Shown: positions 20,276 through 30,470 of the stretch, in pieces
Position numbering within the stretch: position 1 is the first letter of the stretch
Layout of the letters: every line of letters begins with the position of its first letter
DNA from: an uncultured Spirochaetota bacterium
GTDB taxonomy: Bacteria; Spirochaetota; Brevinematia; Brevinematales; JAOACQ01
DNA length: 64,000 nucleotides
Assembly (NCBI GenBank): GCA_963783575.1
Contig: CAWAOD010000015.1
Location: 128,001-192,000, forward strand
Direction: 5' to 3'
The notes under the pieces: model-generated
Seen by the model: the letters and a program-made list of their open reading frames with translations, nothing else
What the model was told of the DNA's origin: nothing
Database searches by the model: none
Made by a program: the position numbers and the translations under genes

Positions 20276-21043
20276 TTATATCTTCAAATTCCATTCTTTA
20301 TTAATTAATTGTTTGGCTTTTTCTACTGTATACTCGCTAAATCTTTCATAGCTTTTATGAACCTTTATGATTTCAAACAAAGCCGATTTGACCAATTCCG
20401 TATTTTGCCAGCCATTCAAATGCAGAATTACTTCTTCCAGGCATCCTTTTTTGTAACTGATCTGCCCGATGACATGGATAACCATCTTCCTGATTTGCTT
20501 ATCCGGATCGTTCTGTAGCTCATATAAAATAGGCATGGCTTCTTCGGGATGAGTTCTTCCCCTTAGTTCGATGCCGTGGATCATTTCACGGCGGATCAAA
20601 GGATCATTATTGTGAATATGAGACTTAACAAATTCAAAAACCGGCCCCGTGTTTTTTTGTCCCATCTGTTTGAGCGCTCCAACTATGGAATTCCTGACGG
20701 AGTGATGCGGATCCTGAAGAGCTGACAACAAAAGTTTCTCAATCCTTTCAAAATCCATTTTTCCGATTTCCCCCAGCGCAAAAACGGCGGTTTGCCTGAT
20801 TTTTTCGTTTTGATCGTTTAAAAGGATTTCAAGGGATTCAATAATTTTATTACTTAATGCCCTATTCTGTCTGTATATTTTTCCAACAGCCAGATATGCG
20901 CATTTCCGGATATATGTATCCGGATCGGAAGCATACTTAATGATATTACCGTTTGATCCGGCCATAAAATCCGTTTGAATTTCAGAATATATATTATCAT
21001 TGATTATCAATCTTTCGGATTTCGGAAGATCGTAGAAATTCAT
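20276..21043 (-). CDS. HEAT-repeat protein
   Basis: Repeated D-x-x-x-x-I/VR-x-x-A/S-x-x-AL helical units. Confidence 0.75.
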   Translation of the reverse strand: MNFYDLPKSERLIINDNIYSEIQTDFMAGSNGNIIKYASDPDTYIRKCAYLAVGKIYRQNRALSNKIIESLEILLNDQNEKIRQTAVFALGEIGKMDFERIEKLLLSALQDPHHSVRNSIVGALKQMGQKNTGPVFEFVKSHIHNNDPLIRREMIHGIELRGRTHPEEAMPILYELQNDPDKQIRKMVIHVIGQISYKKGCLEEVILHLNGWQNTELVKSALFEIIKVHKSYERFSEYTVEKAKQLINKEWNLKI

Positions 21044-21105
21044 TATATATCCCCATTAATTATAACAAATAGCAAAAATTTATAATAACAATAAATATAA
21101 AATAT

Positions 21106-22692
21106 TCATTCTCTTGTTACTGACATTTTACCGATAGTGAGCCTGAATTTGCCGGCGCTTGAGTTATTGACTGCCGAATCCATTCCAAATACCAAACGTT
21201 TTAAAGGATAATGTTTGTTAATATCTGTTTTATTTTTAATCTTCGATGCACTGATTTTGAACGAATCCAGCGGGATAGAAATCTGCTTCCAACCGCTCCA
21301 GTCATCAGTAAGCCAATACGAATAAGACTCATTCAGTGCATCAATTATCCTGATAAAATACGATATCCGGGTCTTTTTGCCGTAAACCCAGATTTTAAAT
21401 GTATTCATCTCTGTCCAGTCGGATTTATTTTTTCCGGGCCGGAAACCTATTCCGGCATTACCGTGAAGATAGAAAGGTATCATAAAATATGCAGAGAAAG
21501 ATTTTCTGCCGTCAATCATAATATTTGTTAACGATGGTATGGTTAAGCTGCTCCCAAAGCTCTTAAAAGTAGAATAATGAATAACATTAGTATTAATGAA
21601 ATTATTCAAAGCTATTTTGTACTTTGGCAGAATAAGATTTTTGAATTCTCCATCAGATAAATAAACGGAATCTGTATAACTTTTTTTATTTTTATCAATC
21701 ACTTTTATTAAGTATCTCTTTTCTGCTCGCAGGTTAGATATAATTTCATTGATCTTGATCTCATTCTCATCAAGAAAGACCTGAAAGTTTTCATCAGGAG
21801 TTATATTTTTCATTGTACATTTGATAATCCCGAGAGTGGAATGACTGATATTGGTTGTTTCGCCCGGTCTTAGAAGTGCCGTTGTATTTAAAACAATTCT
21901 ATTATTTTTCAGGTTCTTCAGTCTGATCGAATACATTGCGTTTGGCAGTATTTTCAAATTCAGAGAGAAATTGTCATTTGTTATCATTGAAATTTTTTTA
22001 TTGTTGATAAAAAGAAAATAAGAGCCGTCCCCGACTTTGAAGTTACCGAAGTTGAGAAATGCGACTTTTATTTCTTTTTTTAATGTTATGTCAATAATAT
22101 TTGAAAGCATATCATCAATTGTGTCAAAAATATCCGCATCTGTTGGAGTATCGTATTCCCTGGCTTCAACATTTCCCGATGCTTTTTTCCATATATTAAG
22201 ATGAATTTGTGCCGCCGGATCGGTTTTGCTGCCATGGAGAATGTAATCCCCAAAGATAATAATATCAGCCTGATAGTTGCTGTATATTTCATTTGCCGTT
22301 ATATTTTTCCGGTTTAAAAATCCGGAATCCATAACTGCCAGTTCAGATTTCTCAGGAATATCGAACGTTGGTACGACATATAGAAAAGCATGCAGTTCAT
22401 TCTGTAAAATCGCATTTACTGTTTTTGCATTAGGATATTCGGAAAGGTCAGCTTTATTGTCAAATGGCAGGATGAGAACTTTTAATCTATTCGAGATTTC
22501 AACCGTTTCTTCCGTTGTAAAAATCTCATTTGTCTCTATATTTAGGTCCTCTTCACCGGTATCTTCACCATTTACTTCAGTTTCGCCAGGTATGGATAAT
22601 TCTTCTTTTACGATCTGATTTTGTTCACACGCAGTAACAAAAAATAAAAGAAACAGGCTTAAACAAATTCTTGTTAAAAGTTTATAATTCAT
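21106..22692 (-). CDS. Lipoprotein with TolB_N/FlgO-like domain and C-terminal CBM11-like domain
   Basis: Lipobox VTAC; ILPFDN...ADIIIFGDY; C-terminal DW...FKIWVYG...DDWSGWKQISIPL. Confidence 0.65.
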   Translation of the reverse strand: MNYKLLTRICLSLFLLFFVTACEQNQIVKEELSIPGETEVNGEDTGEEDLNIETNEIFTTEETVEISNRLKVLILPFDNKADLSEYPNAKTVNAILQNELHAFLYVVPTFDIPEKSELAVMDSGFLNRKNITANEIYSNYQADIIIFGDYILHGSKTDPAAQIHLNIWKKASGNVEAREYDTPTDADIFDTIDDMLSNIIDITLKKEIKVAFLNFGNFKVGDGSYFLFINNKKISMITNDNFSLNLKILPNAMYSIRLKNLKNNRIVLNTTALLRPGETTNISHSTLGIIKCTMKNITPDENFQVFLDENEIKINEIISNLRAEKRYLIKVIDKNKKSYTDSVYLSDGEFKNLILPKYKIALNNFINTNVIHYSTFKSFGSSLTIPSLTNIMIDGRKSFSAYFMIPFYLHGNAGIGFRPGKNKSDWTEMNTFKIWVYGKKTRISYFIRIIDALNESYSYWLTDDWSGWKQISIPLDSFKISASKIKNKTDINKHYPLKRLVFGMDSAVNNSSAGKFRLTIGKMSVTRE

Positions 22693-22915
22693 CTAATTCT
22701 CCTGTAAAATATTCATTTTATTTTTCTATTAAATTATAACAAATAAATAAAGTTTTTGATAATAATAAAATATTCTTATCATAATTATATCCTATTTTCT
22801 AATTTTCAGTTAAAATATTTCCTGGAATTATTCTGTTTTGTATTCTGGCAGATAAGTTTTGATATAAAAAGTTTCTTCCCTTATCAAGCAGAGTTATATT
22901 AAGCGAGGATTAATA

Positions 22916-23983
22916 ATGGCTGAAAAAATCAAGGTGCTTATTGTAGATGATTCGGCAATTGTCAGGGATTTACTTTCGGAAAGGCTGTCGCTTCAATCAG
23001 ATATTGAGGTCATTGGTACCGCTCCGGATCCTTTTATAGCAAGGGATAAGATTTTACGGTTAAATCCTGATGTGATTACACTGGATATAGAAATGCCGAA
23101 GATGGATGGTCTTACATTTCTTAAAAAATTAATGAGTTATTATCCCTATCCGGTGATTATTGTCAGTTCGATAACTGAAGGAGATAAATTTGCCTCTATT
23201 AAGGCACTTGAACTTGGGGCTTTTGATGTTGTGAACAAGCCGGGAGGAAGCATAACTATCGGTGAAGTGGTGGATGAAATAGTTTTTAAAATAAGGCAGG
23301 CATATTTATTAAAAGATTCTTATGCAGTTAAGAGAAACGAAATAGAAGGCAGAATCGGTAAAGGCGGTATTGTTAAGCAAGAAACCAATATTCTGTCCAG
23401 TATTAAAACCACGGATAAGATAATCGCAATCGGCGCTTCGACCGGCGGTACAACCGCGCTGGAATTTATTTTTAAATCGCTCCCGTCCGATCTTCCTCCG
23501 ATTCTTGTTGTCCAGCATATGCCCCCAAATTTTACCCGCCAGTTTGCAGAAAGATTGAACGAACTATCGGCCCTGATTATTAAAGAAGCCGAAGATGAAG
23601 AAATGATAGCCGCGGGTAATGTTTATGTTGCAAAGGGAGGGCTTCATCTCACGGTCGAGAGGAAAGGGGCATTTCTTTATACAAAACTGACAGACACAGA
23701 AAAAGTTAATTTTCAGAAGCCGGCGGTGGACGTTTTATTCCATTCAATTGCCCTTAAAACCGGGAAAAACGCGCTTGGCATATTATTAACCGGGATGGGG
23801 AAAGATGGTGCGGAAGGCCTCCTTCATATGAAGGAACTTGGGGCTGAAACAGTTGCCCAGGATGAAAAGAGTTCTATTGTCTGGGGCATGCCGAGAATGG
23901 CAGTTGACATGAACGCTGCGAACCATGTTCTAACGCTTGATGCAATACCCGGTAAAATAATCCGTTATTCTCAATCGGACTGA
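22916..23983 (+). CDS. cheB: Chemotaxis methylesterase CheB
   Basis: Receiver domain (VDDS, LDIEMP) plus GASTGG, VQHMP, LTGMGKDG. Confidence 0.97.
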   Translation: MAEKIKVLIVDDSAIVRDLLSERLSLQSDIEVIGTAPDPFIARDKILRLNPDVITLDIEMPKMDGLTFLKKLMSYYPYPVIIVSSITEGDKFASIKALELGAFDVVNKPGGSITIGEVVDEIVFKIRQAYLLKDSYAVKRNEIEGRIGKGGIVKQETNILSSIKTTDKIIAIGASTGGTTALEFIFKSLPSDLPPILVVQHMPPNFTRQFAERLNELSALIIKEAEDEEMIAAGNVYVAKGGLHLTVERKGAFLYTKLTDTEKVNFQKPAVDVLFHSIALKTGKNALGILLTGMGKDGAEGLLHMKELGAETVAQDEKSSIVWGMPRMAVDMNAANHVLTLDAIPGKIIRYSQSD

Positions 23984-24480
23984 CTTACCGAGAATTCATA
24001 ATTATATAAATCGTCCAGGTTTTTCTGCTGGAATTCCCTTACAATGAGCTGGTTTGTCAATGTGTTAAAAACAACACGCTTACCACGCTCTCCACCGGTA
24101 TCGGCTGATTTAATATGTATTTTATTACGATTAATTATATTCGTTGCGACTTCTATATTCCTGTCGCCTATGAAAAAAATCTCCTTCTCGCCGAATATTA
24201 TGAACGCTCCGCCCACAATAGATGCTTCAAGAAACTTTTTTTCCGATCCGGCTTTTAAAAATTTGTTTATAAGAAGCTTTATTGCGATATTTCCATATTT
24301 TGTCGTTAATCCGTTTTCCATGGATTCCGGGAGTAAAAAATGACACATTCCACCGTACCCGTTTAACTTATCGTAAATACAGACAGCAACACAGGATCCG
24401 AGTACGGTTTTTATAATTACCGGTTTTTTTGAAAAAATCAACTCTCCGGGATTCAGGTAATATTCCTTTAAAATCATCAA
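23971..24480 (-). CDS. cheD: Chemoreceptor glutamine deamidase CheD
   Basis: TVLGSCVAV, GMCHFLLP, VGGA, IGDRN, DTGG. Confidence 0.95.
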   Translation of the reverse strand: MMILKEYYLNPGELIFSKKPVIIKTVLGSCVAVCIYDKLNGYGGMCHFLLPESMENGLTTKYGNIAIKLLINKFLKAGSEKKFLEASIVGGAFIIFGEKEIFFIGDRNIEVATNIINRNKIHIKSADTGGERGKRVVFNTLTNQLIVREFQQKNLDDLYNYEFSVSQSD

Positions 24481-25313
24481 ACTACGCCATCCTTTTTTTT
24501 AAAAATTGAGTTCTTCATCGATTCGAATTTATGCGGAATACCGACCATACTTTCGGATAGTCCCAGGACCAGGAAACCCCCTAGTTTTATATGGTCATAT
24601 ATTTTATTTAGAATAATCTCCTTCTCCCTATTGTCAAAATATATCAATACATTCCTCAGAAAAACCATATCAAAATCTTTTTTAAATGGATACCGCTCCA
24701 TTATATTAAGATAACGAAAAGCGATAAGCTCTTTTATTTGTTTTTTTACTTTACAATTATCATTATTTCTATCGATGTTAAAAAAAACCTTCAGATCTTT
24801 TTCATCGATTATATCTTTGATTTTTGACAATTTGTAAATGCCCTCTTCAGCGAATTTCAGGACCTTTGTCGATATATCTGTGGCAAGAATTTTTATGTCG
24901 GTATTCTGATAATCCGGTATTGACCTCGCGCAAACCATAGCCATGCTGTAAGGCTCCTCCCCGGTTGAACATCCGGCGCTCCATAGCCGTATATAAGATT
25001 CCTTGAGGTAATGATTTATCAGATAATTCTTTAAAAGATTAAAATGTAACTCTTCCCTGAAAAAATAACTGTAATTTGTTGTCAGCATATTTATAAAATC
25101 AGAAACCATTCTGCCGGAATAATCATGAACCAAAGCCTGGTAATATTCCTCGAAGTTTTTGAATTCCTTATCATCTCCAACAAACCTGGAAAGCCGGTTA
25201 ATAAAGAGATATTTTTTATGTTCCCTGAGAGTTATGCCGCTCTCTTTAAACAACAGGAGAGTCATTTTTTTGAACAGGTTGTCAGGCAGGTTGATATAGC
25301 TCATTTCATCCAT
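24477..25313 (-). CDS. cheR: Chemotaxis methyltransferase CheR
   Basis: TTNYSYFFRE, WSAGCSTGEEPYS, ATDIS, RNVLIYF. Confidence 0.97.
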   Translation of the reverse strand: MDEMSYINLPDNLFKKMTLLLFKESGITLREHKKYLFINRLSRFVGDDKEFKNFEEYYQALVHDYSGRMVSDFINMLTTNYSYFFREELHFNLLKNYLINHYLKESYIRLWSAGCSTGEEPYSMAMVCARSIPDYQNTDIKILATDISTKVLKFAEEGIYKLSKIKDIIDEKDLKVFFNIDRNNDNCKVKKQIKELIAFRYLNIMERYPFKKDFDMVFLRNVLIYFDNREKEIILNKIYDHIKLGGFLVLGLSESMVGIPHKFESMKNSIFKKKDGVV

Positions 25314-25322
25314 GCTAAAATC

Positions 25323-26945
25323 CTAAAAAATAATAATTGAGTCTTCATCATCTTTGATGTCCTGTGAAGCTTTGTTTTCTATTTTTATATCTTTCTTCAT
25401 TTTGATACCGAATTCAACTTCATATTTTTCAAGAACCTTTCTTTCATCGGCAGTTGTTATGATCCCGCTCAATATTGTTAAAATATTCCTTTTAATCTGG
25501 CTTTTCTCATCCTCCCGCATTGTTTCAATTTTATTGACATCAACTCCTTTCATTTCAATGACCTTATAAAAAACTTTTTCAATGAATAGCTTTAAATGGT
25601 CTATTTCCTGGCTGGTAATATCATAATACTGAAGTTTCCAAATAACTTCTTTTATACCTGAATCTATATATTCTGCGAATTTCTTGATATCCAGGATTAT
25701 TTCCTCTATCCTGTCGAAAGAGATCTTAATAATTCCCTCAAACGAAGAAATGGATGTTTTAATATTTTCGATATAACCGTAAACTTTGTCCATACTTTGA
25801 ACATAATCGCTCTTGAGTTTGTCGGTCGTGTTGAGGGCATCTTTTACCCGGATATTAACTTCATTGGCAAATTTCATTGTTTTGGCCGTGAATTCCCTTA
25901 AGTCTTTTGCCAATACCTGGAATCCTTTGCCGAATTCTCCAACATTTACGGCCTCAATGCTTACATTCAACGACAATACCCTTATGGTTTCAGCTATATC
26001 CTCGATTGAATACGAGATACTCTGTATATTTTTCAGTTTTTCGGTGCTTTTATTCGTATAGTTTTCCGATGAATTCTTTAAGTCTTCCATATTTTTATAA
26101 AAATTCTCAAAATCCTGGGCAAGATTTTTCGCTTTTTTCAATATAAACGCAAGGCTGTTTTCAATTTCAATATTCATTAGGCTTGTCATACTTGCTTCGA
26201 TTTCATCGGCGATTTTATGGCTTGATACGCTTATATCCTCAAACTTATTTATCAGTTCAAGTATAACATCTTTCGAAAATTCGTTAAACATGCCTGTGAG
26301 ATCATAAAGTATAGGTATGGATAACCCGGTATAAAATATGATTGTCGTAATATTATTTTCATTAATATCATCGGATTCTTTTTTAACCGAATACATTTTC
26401 AATACATTATCCAGATATTGAAGAACTTCATTTCTTAATTCTTCTGATACGGTAGTTAGCTCATCTATTTTTTTTTCAAAAGACACTGAAATTTGTTTTA
26501 AAGGCCTTTTAAAGTAATTCTCAAAGTTATTTAGTTCTTCCATTATTGAATCGATAAGTCTCAGCTTTTCATTTATTGAATTATTAATTTGAACTGGCTT
26601 ATCATTATTATTTTTGTTCTGCATATTACCTGCATTATAAAAAGATTGAACGACATCCATCAAATTTCTATATATGATTTGACTGGATGTTATATTTTTC
26701 AAATAGCTATTCCGAAGATTATTTCTTATTTTTACCGTTAATAAAATAAACAATACCAATATGGGAATATAAAAACAAATAATGGAAATAATAAAATAAT
26801 ATAATGGGATCTTTATTAAAAATGCTGCCAGGCAGCCGACGCAAAAAAGTATGATTATCAATGCATTGGAAATTTTTATTAACGGAAGACGCGTTTCAAT
26901 GCCAGTATTTTTATCAAAGATATTGCCAGACATCTTGTCCCCCAT
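25323..26945 (-). CDS. Atypical MCP-like membrane protein
   Basis: Two adjacent N-terminal TM helices, degenerate hairpin tip LSLNVSIEAVNVGEFGKGF, C-terminal LQYYDITSQ. Confidence 0.75.
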   Translation of the reverse strand: MGDKMSGNIFDKNTGIETRLPLIKISNALIIILFCVGCLAAFLIKIPLYYFIISIICFYIPILVLFILLTVKIRNNLRNSYLKNITSSQIIYRNLMDVVQSFYNAGNMQNKNNNDKPVQINNSINEKLRLIDSIMEELNNFENYFKRPLKQISVSFEKKIDELTTVSEELRNEVLQYLDNVLKMYSVKKESDDINENNITTIIFYTGLSIPILYDLTGMFNEFSKDVILELINKFEDISVSSHKIADEIEASMTSLMNIEIENSLAFILKKAKNLAQDFENFYKNMEDLKNSSENYTNKSTEKLKNIQSISYSIEDIAETIRVLSLNVSIEAVNVGEFGKGFQVLAKDLREFTAKTMKFANEVNIRVKDALNTTDKLKSDYVQSMDKVYGYIENIKTSISSFEGIIKISFDRIEEIILDIKKFAEYIDSGIKEVIWKLQYYDITSQEIDHLKLFIEKVFYKVIEMKGVDVNKIETMREDEKSQIKRNILTILSGIITTADERKVLEKYEVEFGIKMKKDIKIENKASQDIKDDEDSIIIF

Positions 26946-27067
26946 ATTTGCCCCGTAAAATATTTATTAAAATAAAAAAAGGCTTGTAATAAAATATAAT
27001 TCAATATATAGTATATATCAATTTATTAACAATAAATTTAATAATTTCTTATGAAGGATTAACACTA

Positions 27068-27198
27068 GGGCAGCTTCAAAAACTCCACATAAGTCACCCT
27101 GAGCTTGACAAATGGGTGACAAGTTTTGATGTAATTATAGTCATACTTCGTCAAGCTAGTATGACGCTTATTGCATAAATTAGTTTTTAGAACTGCAC
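27068..27198. repeat. Small MITE/REPIN-like element with an inverted pair of REP-like hairpins
   Basis: gtcaccc...gggtgac (27093-27120) and gtcatac...gtatgac (27140-27165), flanked by imperfect inverted ends gggcagcttcaaaaact / agtttttagaactgcac. Confidence 0.55.
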
Positions 27199-27331
27199 AT
27201 TATTAATTATTTGTTGTGCTGATATAAAGAAAATTTTCAAGTTAAAATTATTTTATCAAAATTATATTAAATTATAGTCATTATAATAGTTTATTGCAAT
27301 AAAAAAAATGTTTTGCTTAGAGGATAATATT

Positions 27332-29506
27332 ATGGAATTTCAGGATATTATCGAAATTTTAAACGGTGTAATTGCAAAAGTTAATAACTATGAAAGCGGC
27401 AATCTAATCGGCGTTATGGAAATTAGAAAATCTTATGAGGAATTACAAAAAAAACTTTCGGAATTTGAATCTTTAAAAAATGTAGGGAAATTTGCAGGGC
27501 TCCTTGCCGGGTTGAGTGAAAAGTTAATGGATGAAGAAACCGAGGGAGCTGTTCTTGAAATATTTAAAAGTTCCAATGAAAACCTTGTTGATCTATTCAG
27601 CAGGAAAAAGAGCGGACAGTCAGCCGCAGTTGAAATTAACAGGCTGATAAATAAGGTGCATGAAATAATTAATATAGATATTGAAAAAGAAAAAGCCGAT
27701 GGTGAAATCTATCCGGATACTTATTTTTCAAACATAATCAATGATACAAAAATGCTAAGCCAGTTCTGCGATGAAGCTGAGGAACATATTGATACGGCAC
27801 AATATACCCTTATTGAACTTGAATATGATGATAAAAACCAGGATAACATCAACAAAGTATTCAGGAGTTTCCACACTATAAAAGGTTCGTCCGCATTCCT
27901 GGGATTGAAAAATATCGAGGATGTAGGGCATGAGATGGAAAATCTGCTTGTGCTGGTTCGTGACGGTAAACTTCAGATTACAAGAGAATTGATAGATGTA
28001 ATATTTTACGGAATTGAACTTTTAAGGAGCCTGATTTCCGTGATCAGGACAAACGCATACGAGGCGACAAAAATAACTGTAAGTTTTAGAACTATAAATA
28101 TCTATAATTATATTAATCTGATCAAAAAAATCCTTGCCCAATATCCGGTCAAAAAAATAGGCGAAATACTTCAGGAAGACGGGAAAATAAAAGAGATTGA
28201 TATTGACAGAATCCTTGAGAAGCAAACCTCTATAGAAAAAAAGTTCGGAGAGATCGCGCTTGAGGAAATGATGATTACCAGAGACGATCTTTCTGAAGCG
28301 ATCAAAAAACAGCAAACACCTGTCAGGAAAAAATCGTCATATGTTAAAGTTTCAAATGACAGGCTTAACAGCCTGATCGATATTGTCGGGGAGCTTGTGA
28401 TAAACCAGTCAATGCTGAGGCAGGTCATCAAAAATAATGAAGAAGCCGTTGATAACTCCGAGAGGATTATCATCCAGCTTGAAACCATTACAACCGGAAT
28501 TAAAAATCTGGTACTGTCTATGGGAATGGTTCCGATTGCTGAAATTTTTAATAAAATCAGGGTTGTTATAAGGAATACGGCACAGGAATTGAAAAAAACG
28601 ATAGTGTTTGAAACAAGGGGGGATGATACCGAACTTGACAGAAACGTGATTGAGTCAATTTACGATCCTCTTGTGCATATGGTTAGAAACGCGATTGACC
28701 ATGGGATTGAATCGCCGGAGGAAAGGGAATCGTTGAAGAAAGACAGGGTTGGGAAGATCATTGTTTCCGCCGAGCATAAAGGAAACGGCATAGAAATCTC
28801 CGTTTTCGACGATGGTAAGGGGATAGATAAAGAAAATATACTAACCAAAGCAAAAAGTATGGGCCTGGTTGATGACGAGAAGGCAGTATTATTAACTGAT
28901 AAGGAAATATACGGATTCATGTTTATACCCGGCTTTACAACGGCTCAAAAAGTCACTGAGCTGTCCGGGAGGGGCGTTGGTTTGGATGTGGTAAAGAAAA
29001 ACATTGAGGAGATTCATGGAAGAATTGAAATATTAACACAAAAGGGTGAATTTACAAGGTTTGTCATAAAACTTCCCCTGACTCTTGCCATAATAGAGGG
29101 ATTTGTTACAGTCATAGGCAGGAATAAATATGTTTTTCCTTTTAATCTGATTGATGAAATAGTGGTACCGGACAACGGAAATATCATGATCATGGAAGAT
29201 ATGAGCAGAATGCTTTACAGCCGGGATTTATATATCCCGATTATAGAAGCGGGAAATGTTTTTAAGGAAGAGGTAATAAATACTGATCTGGATAAAGCCC
29301 TGCTGATTGTCATCAATTTTGAAAATAAAAAATACTGTCTTGCAGTGAATAAAGTGCTTGGGAAGCAGGAAATTGTAATAAAAAGTCTGGGTGAAGCCCT
29401 GACAAGCCTTAGTATATTTTCAGGCGGAACTATATTCGGCGACGGTACGATAGGCTTTGTTGTTGACATAGAAGGTTTTCTTGAGGCGGTGAGGAGAATG
29501 CAGTAA
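27332..29506 (+). CDS. cheA: Chemotaxis histidine kinase CheA
   Basis: HPt FHTIKG, LVHMVRNAIDHGIE, DDGKG, SGRGVGLDVV and a CheW-like C-terminal domain. Confidence 0.97.
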   Translation: MEFQDIIEILNGVIAKVNNYESGNLIGVMEIRKSYEELQKKLSEFESLKNVGKFAGLLAGLSEKLMDEETEGAVLEIFKSSNENLVDLFSRKKSGQSAAVEINRLINKVHEIINIDIEKEKADGEIYPDTYFSNIINDTKMLSQFCDEAEEHIDTAQYTLIELEYDDKNQDNINKVFRSFHTIKGSSAFLGLKNIEDVGHEMENLLVLVRDGKLQITRELIDVIFYGIELLRSLISVIRTNAYEATKITVSFRTINIYNYINLIKKILAQYPVKKIGEILQEDGKIKEIDIDRILEKQTSIEKKFGEIALEEMMITRDDLSEAIKKQQTPVRKKSSYVKVSNDRLNSLIDIVGELVINQSMLRQVIKNNEEAVDNSERIIIQLETITTGIKNLVLSMGMVPIAEIFNKIRVVIRNTAQELKKTIVFETRGDDTELDRNVIESIYDPLVHMVRNAIDHGIESPEERESLKKDRVGKIIVSAEHKGNGIEISVFDDGKGIDKENILTKAKSMGLVDDEKAVLLTDKEIYGFMFIPGFTTAQKVTELSGRGVGLDVVKKNIEEIHGRIEILTQKGEFTRFVIKLPLTLAIIEGFVTVIGRNKYVFPFNLIDEIVVPDNGNIMIMEDMSRMLYSRDLYIPIIEAGNVFKEEVINTDLDKALLIVINFENKKYCLAVNKVLGKQEIVIKSLGEALTSLSIFSGGTIFGDGTIGFVVDIEGFLEAVRRMQ

Positions 29507-29551
29507 ATTTTAGCTGAATAATTTAATTTATTAATAATTCAGGGGGTAAAC

Positions 29552-29920
29552 TTGTCAATAATTATTGTTGATGATTCCGATGTTGTAAGAAGCGTAATTA
29601 AAAAAGTTCTTTTTATTTACGGTTATCATGAAATCATCGAAGCGGAAGACGGAGTTTCAGCACTTGAAAAAATCAAACAATCCTTTAAAAAAATCGATCT
29701 GTATATTTTTGATGTAAATATGCCCAGGATGGACGGTATAACCCTTGTGGGAGAAGTCAGAAAACTTGATATTTCAAAGCCGATCATTATGCTGACTACC
29801 GAAACCGATAAGGAAAAAATGCTTCGGGCAAAGAAATTGGGCGCTACGGGCTGGGTTGTTAAACCTTTTGATTCGCATAAGTTCATGCAGGTTGTCGATA
29901 TGTTTTTAAAGAAAAAATAA
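29552..29920 (+). CDS. cheY: CheY-like response regulator
   Basis: VDDS, DVNMP, MLTT, KPF; located between cheA and cheW; TTG start. Confidence 0.88.
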   Translation: MSIIIVDDSDVVRSVIKKVLFIYGYHEIIEAEDGVSALEKIKQSFKKIDLYIFDVNMPRMDGITLVGEVRKLDISKPIIMLTTETDKEKMLRAKKLGATGWVVKPFDSHKFMQVVDMFLKKK

Positions 29921-29939
29921 TCCAACGGAGGATATTCAT

Positions 29940-30455
29940 ATGGCTGACATATCCAATAAATATCTGATATTTTCCATCAATAAAGAGGATTATGGAGTGC
30001 CGATATCCAAAGTTCGCGAAGTGATCCGTTTTGTTGAAATTACTCCGATTCATGAGGTTTCAAGATTTTTAAAGGGAGTAATAAATCTTAGGGGAAAGAT
30101 TATACCAATTATAGATATGAGGGCAAAATTCGGGATACAGGAGATGGAATACAGTGACAGAACCCTTTTTGTCATTGTTGACATTATGGGCGCAAAAGAC
30201 ATTATAAATATCGGAATGGCCGTAGATGCTGTATATGATGTTGCAGACATAAAAGATGAAGCAATGGAAAAGACACCGGATATCGGACTGAAATTAAAAA
30301 GCCAATATCTATATGGAATTGCGAATATACTTGGGAAAATGCTTATGATTCTTAATATCGATAAGATCCTGGCGTCAGACGAAATTATAGATCTCTCTTC
30401 AATTGAAGACAGGTCCTACAATGATGTTAAAACTCCTGCGGAAGCAAGGCAATAG
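29940..30455 (+). CDS. cheW: Chemotaxis coupling protein CheW
   Basis: YGVPISKVREV, GVINLRGKIIPIIDMR, GMAVDAV. Confidence 0.95.
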   Translation: MADISNKYLIFSINKEDYGVPISKVREVIRFVEITPIHEVSRFLKGVINLRGKIIPIIDMRAKFGIQEMEYSDRTLFVIVDIMGAKDIINIGMAVDAVYDVADIKDEAMEKTPDIGLKLKSQYLYGIANILGKMLMILNIDKILASDEIIDLSSIEDRSYNDVKTPAEARQ

Positions 30456-30470
30456 TTATAAAAAAGAAAC

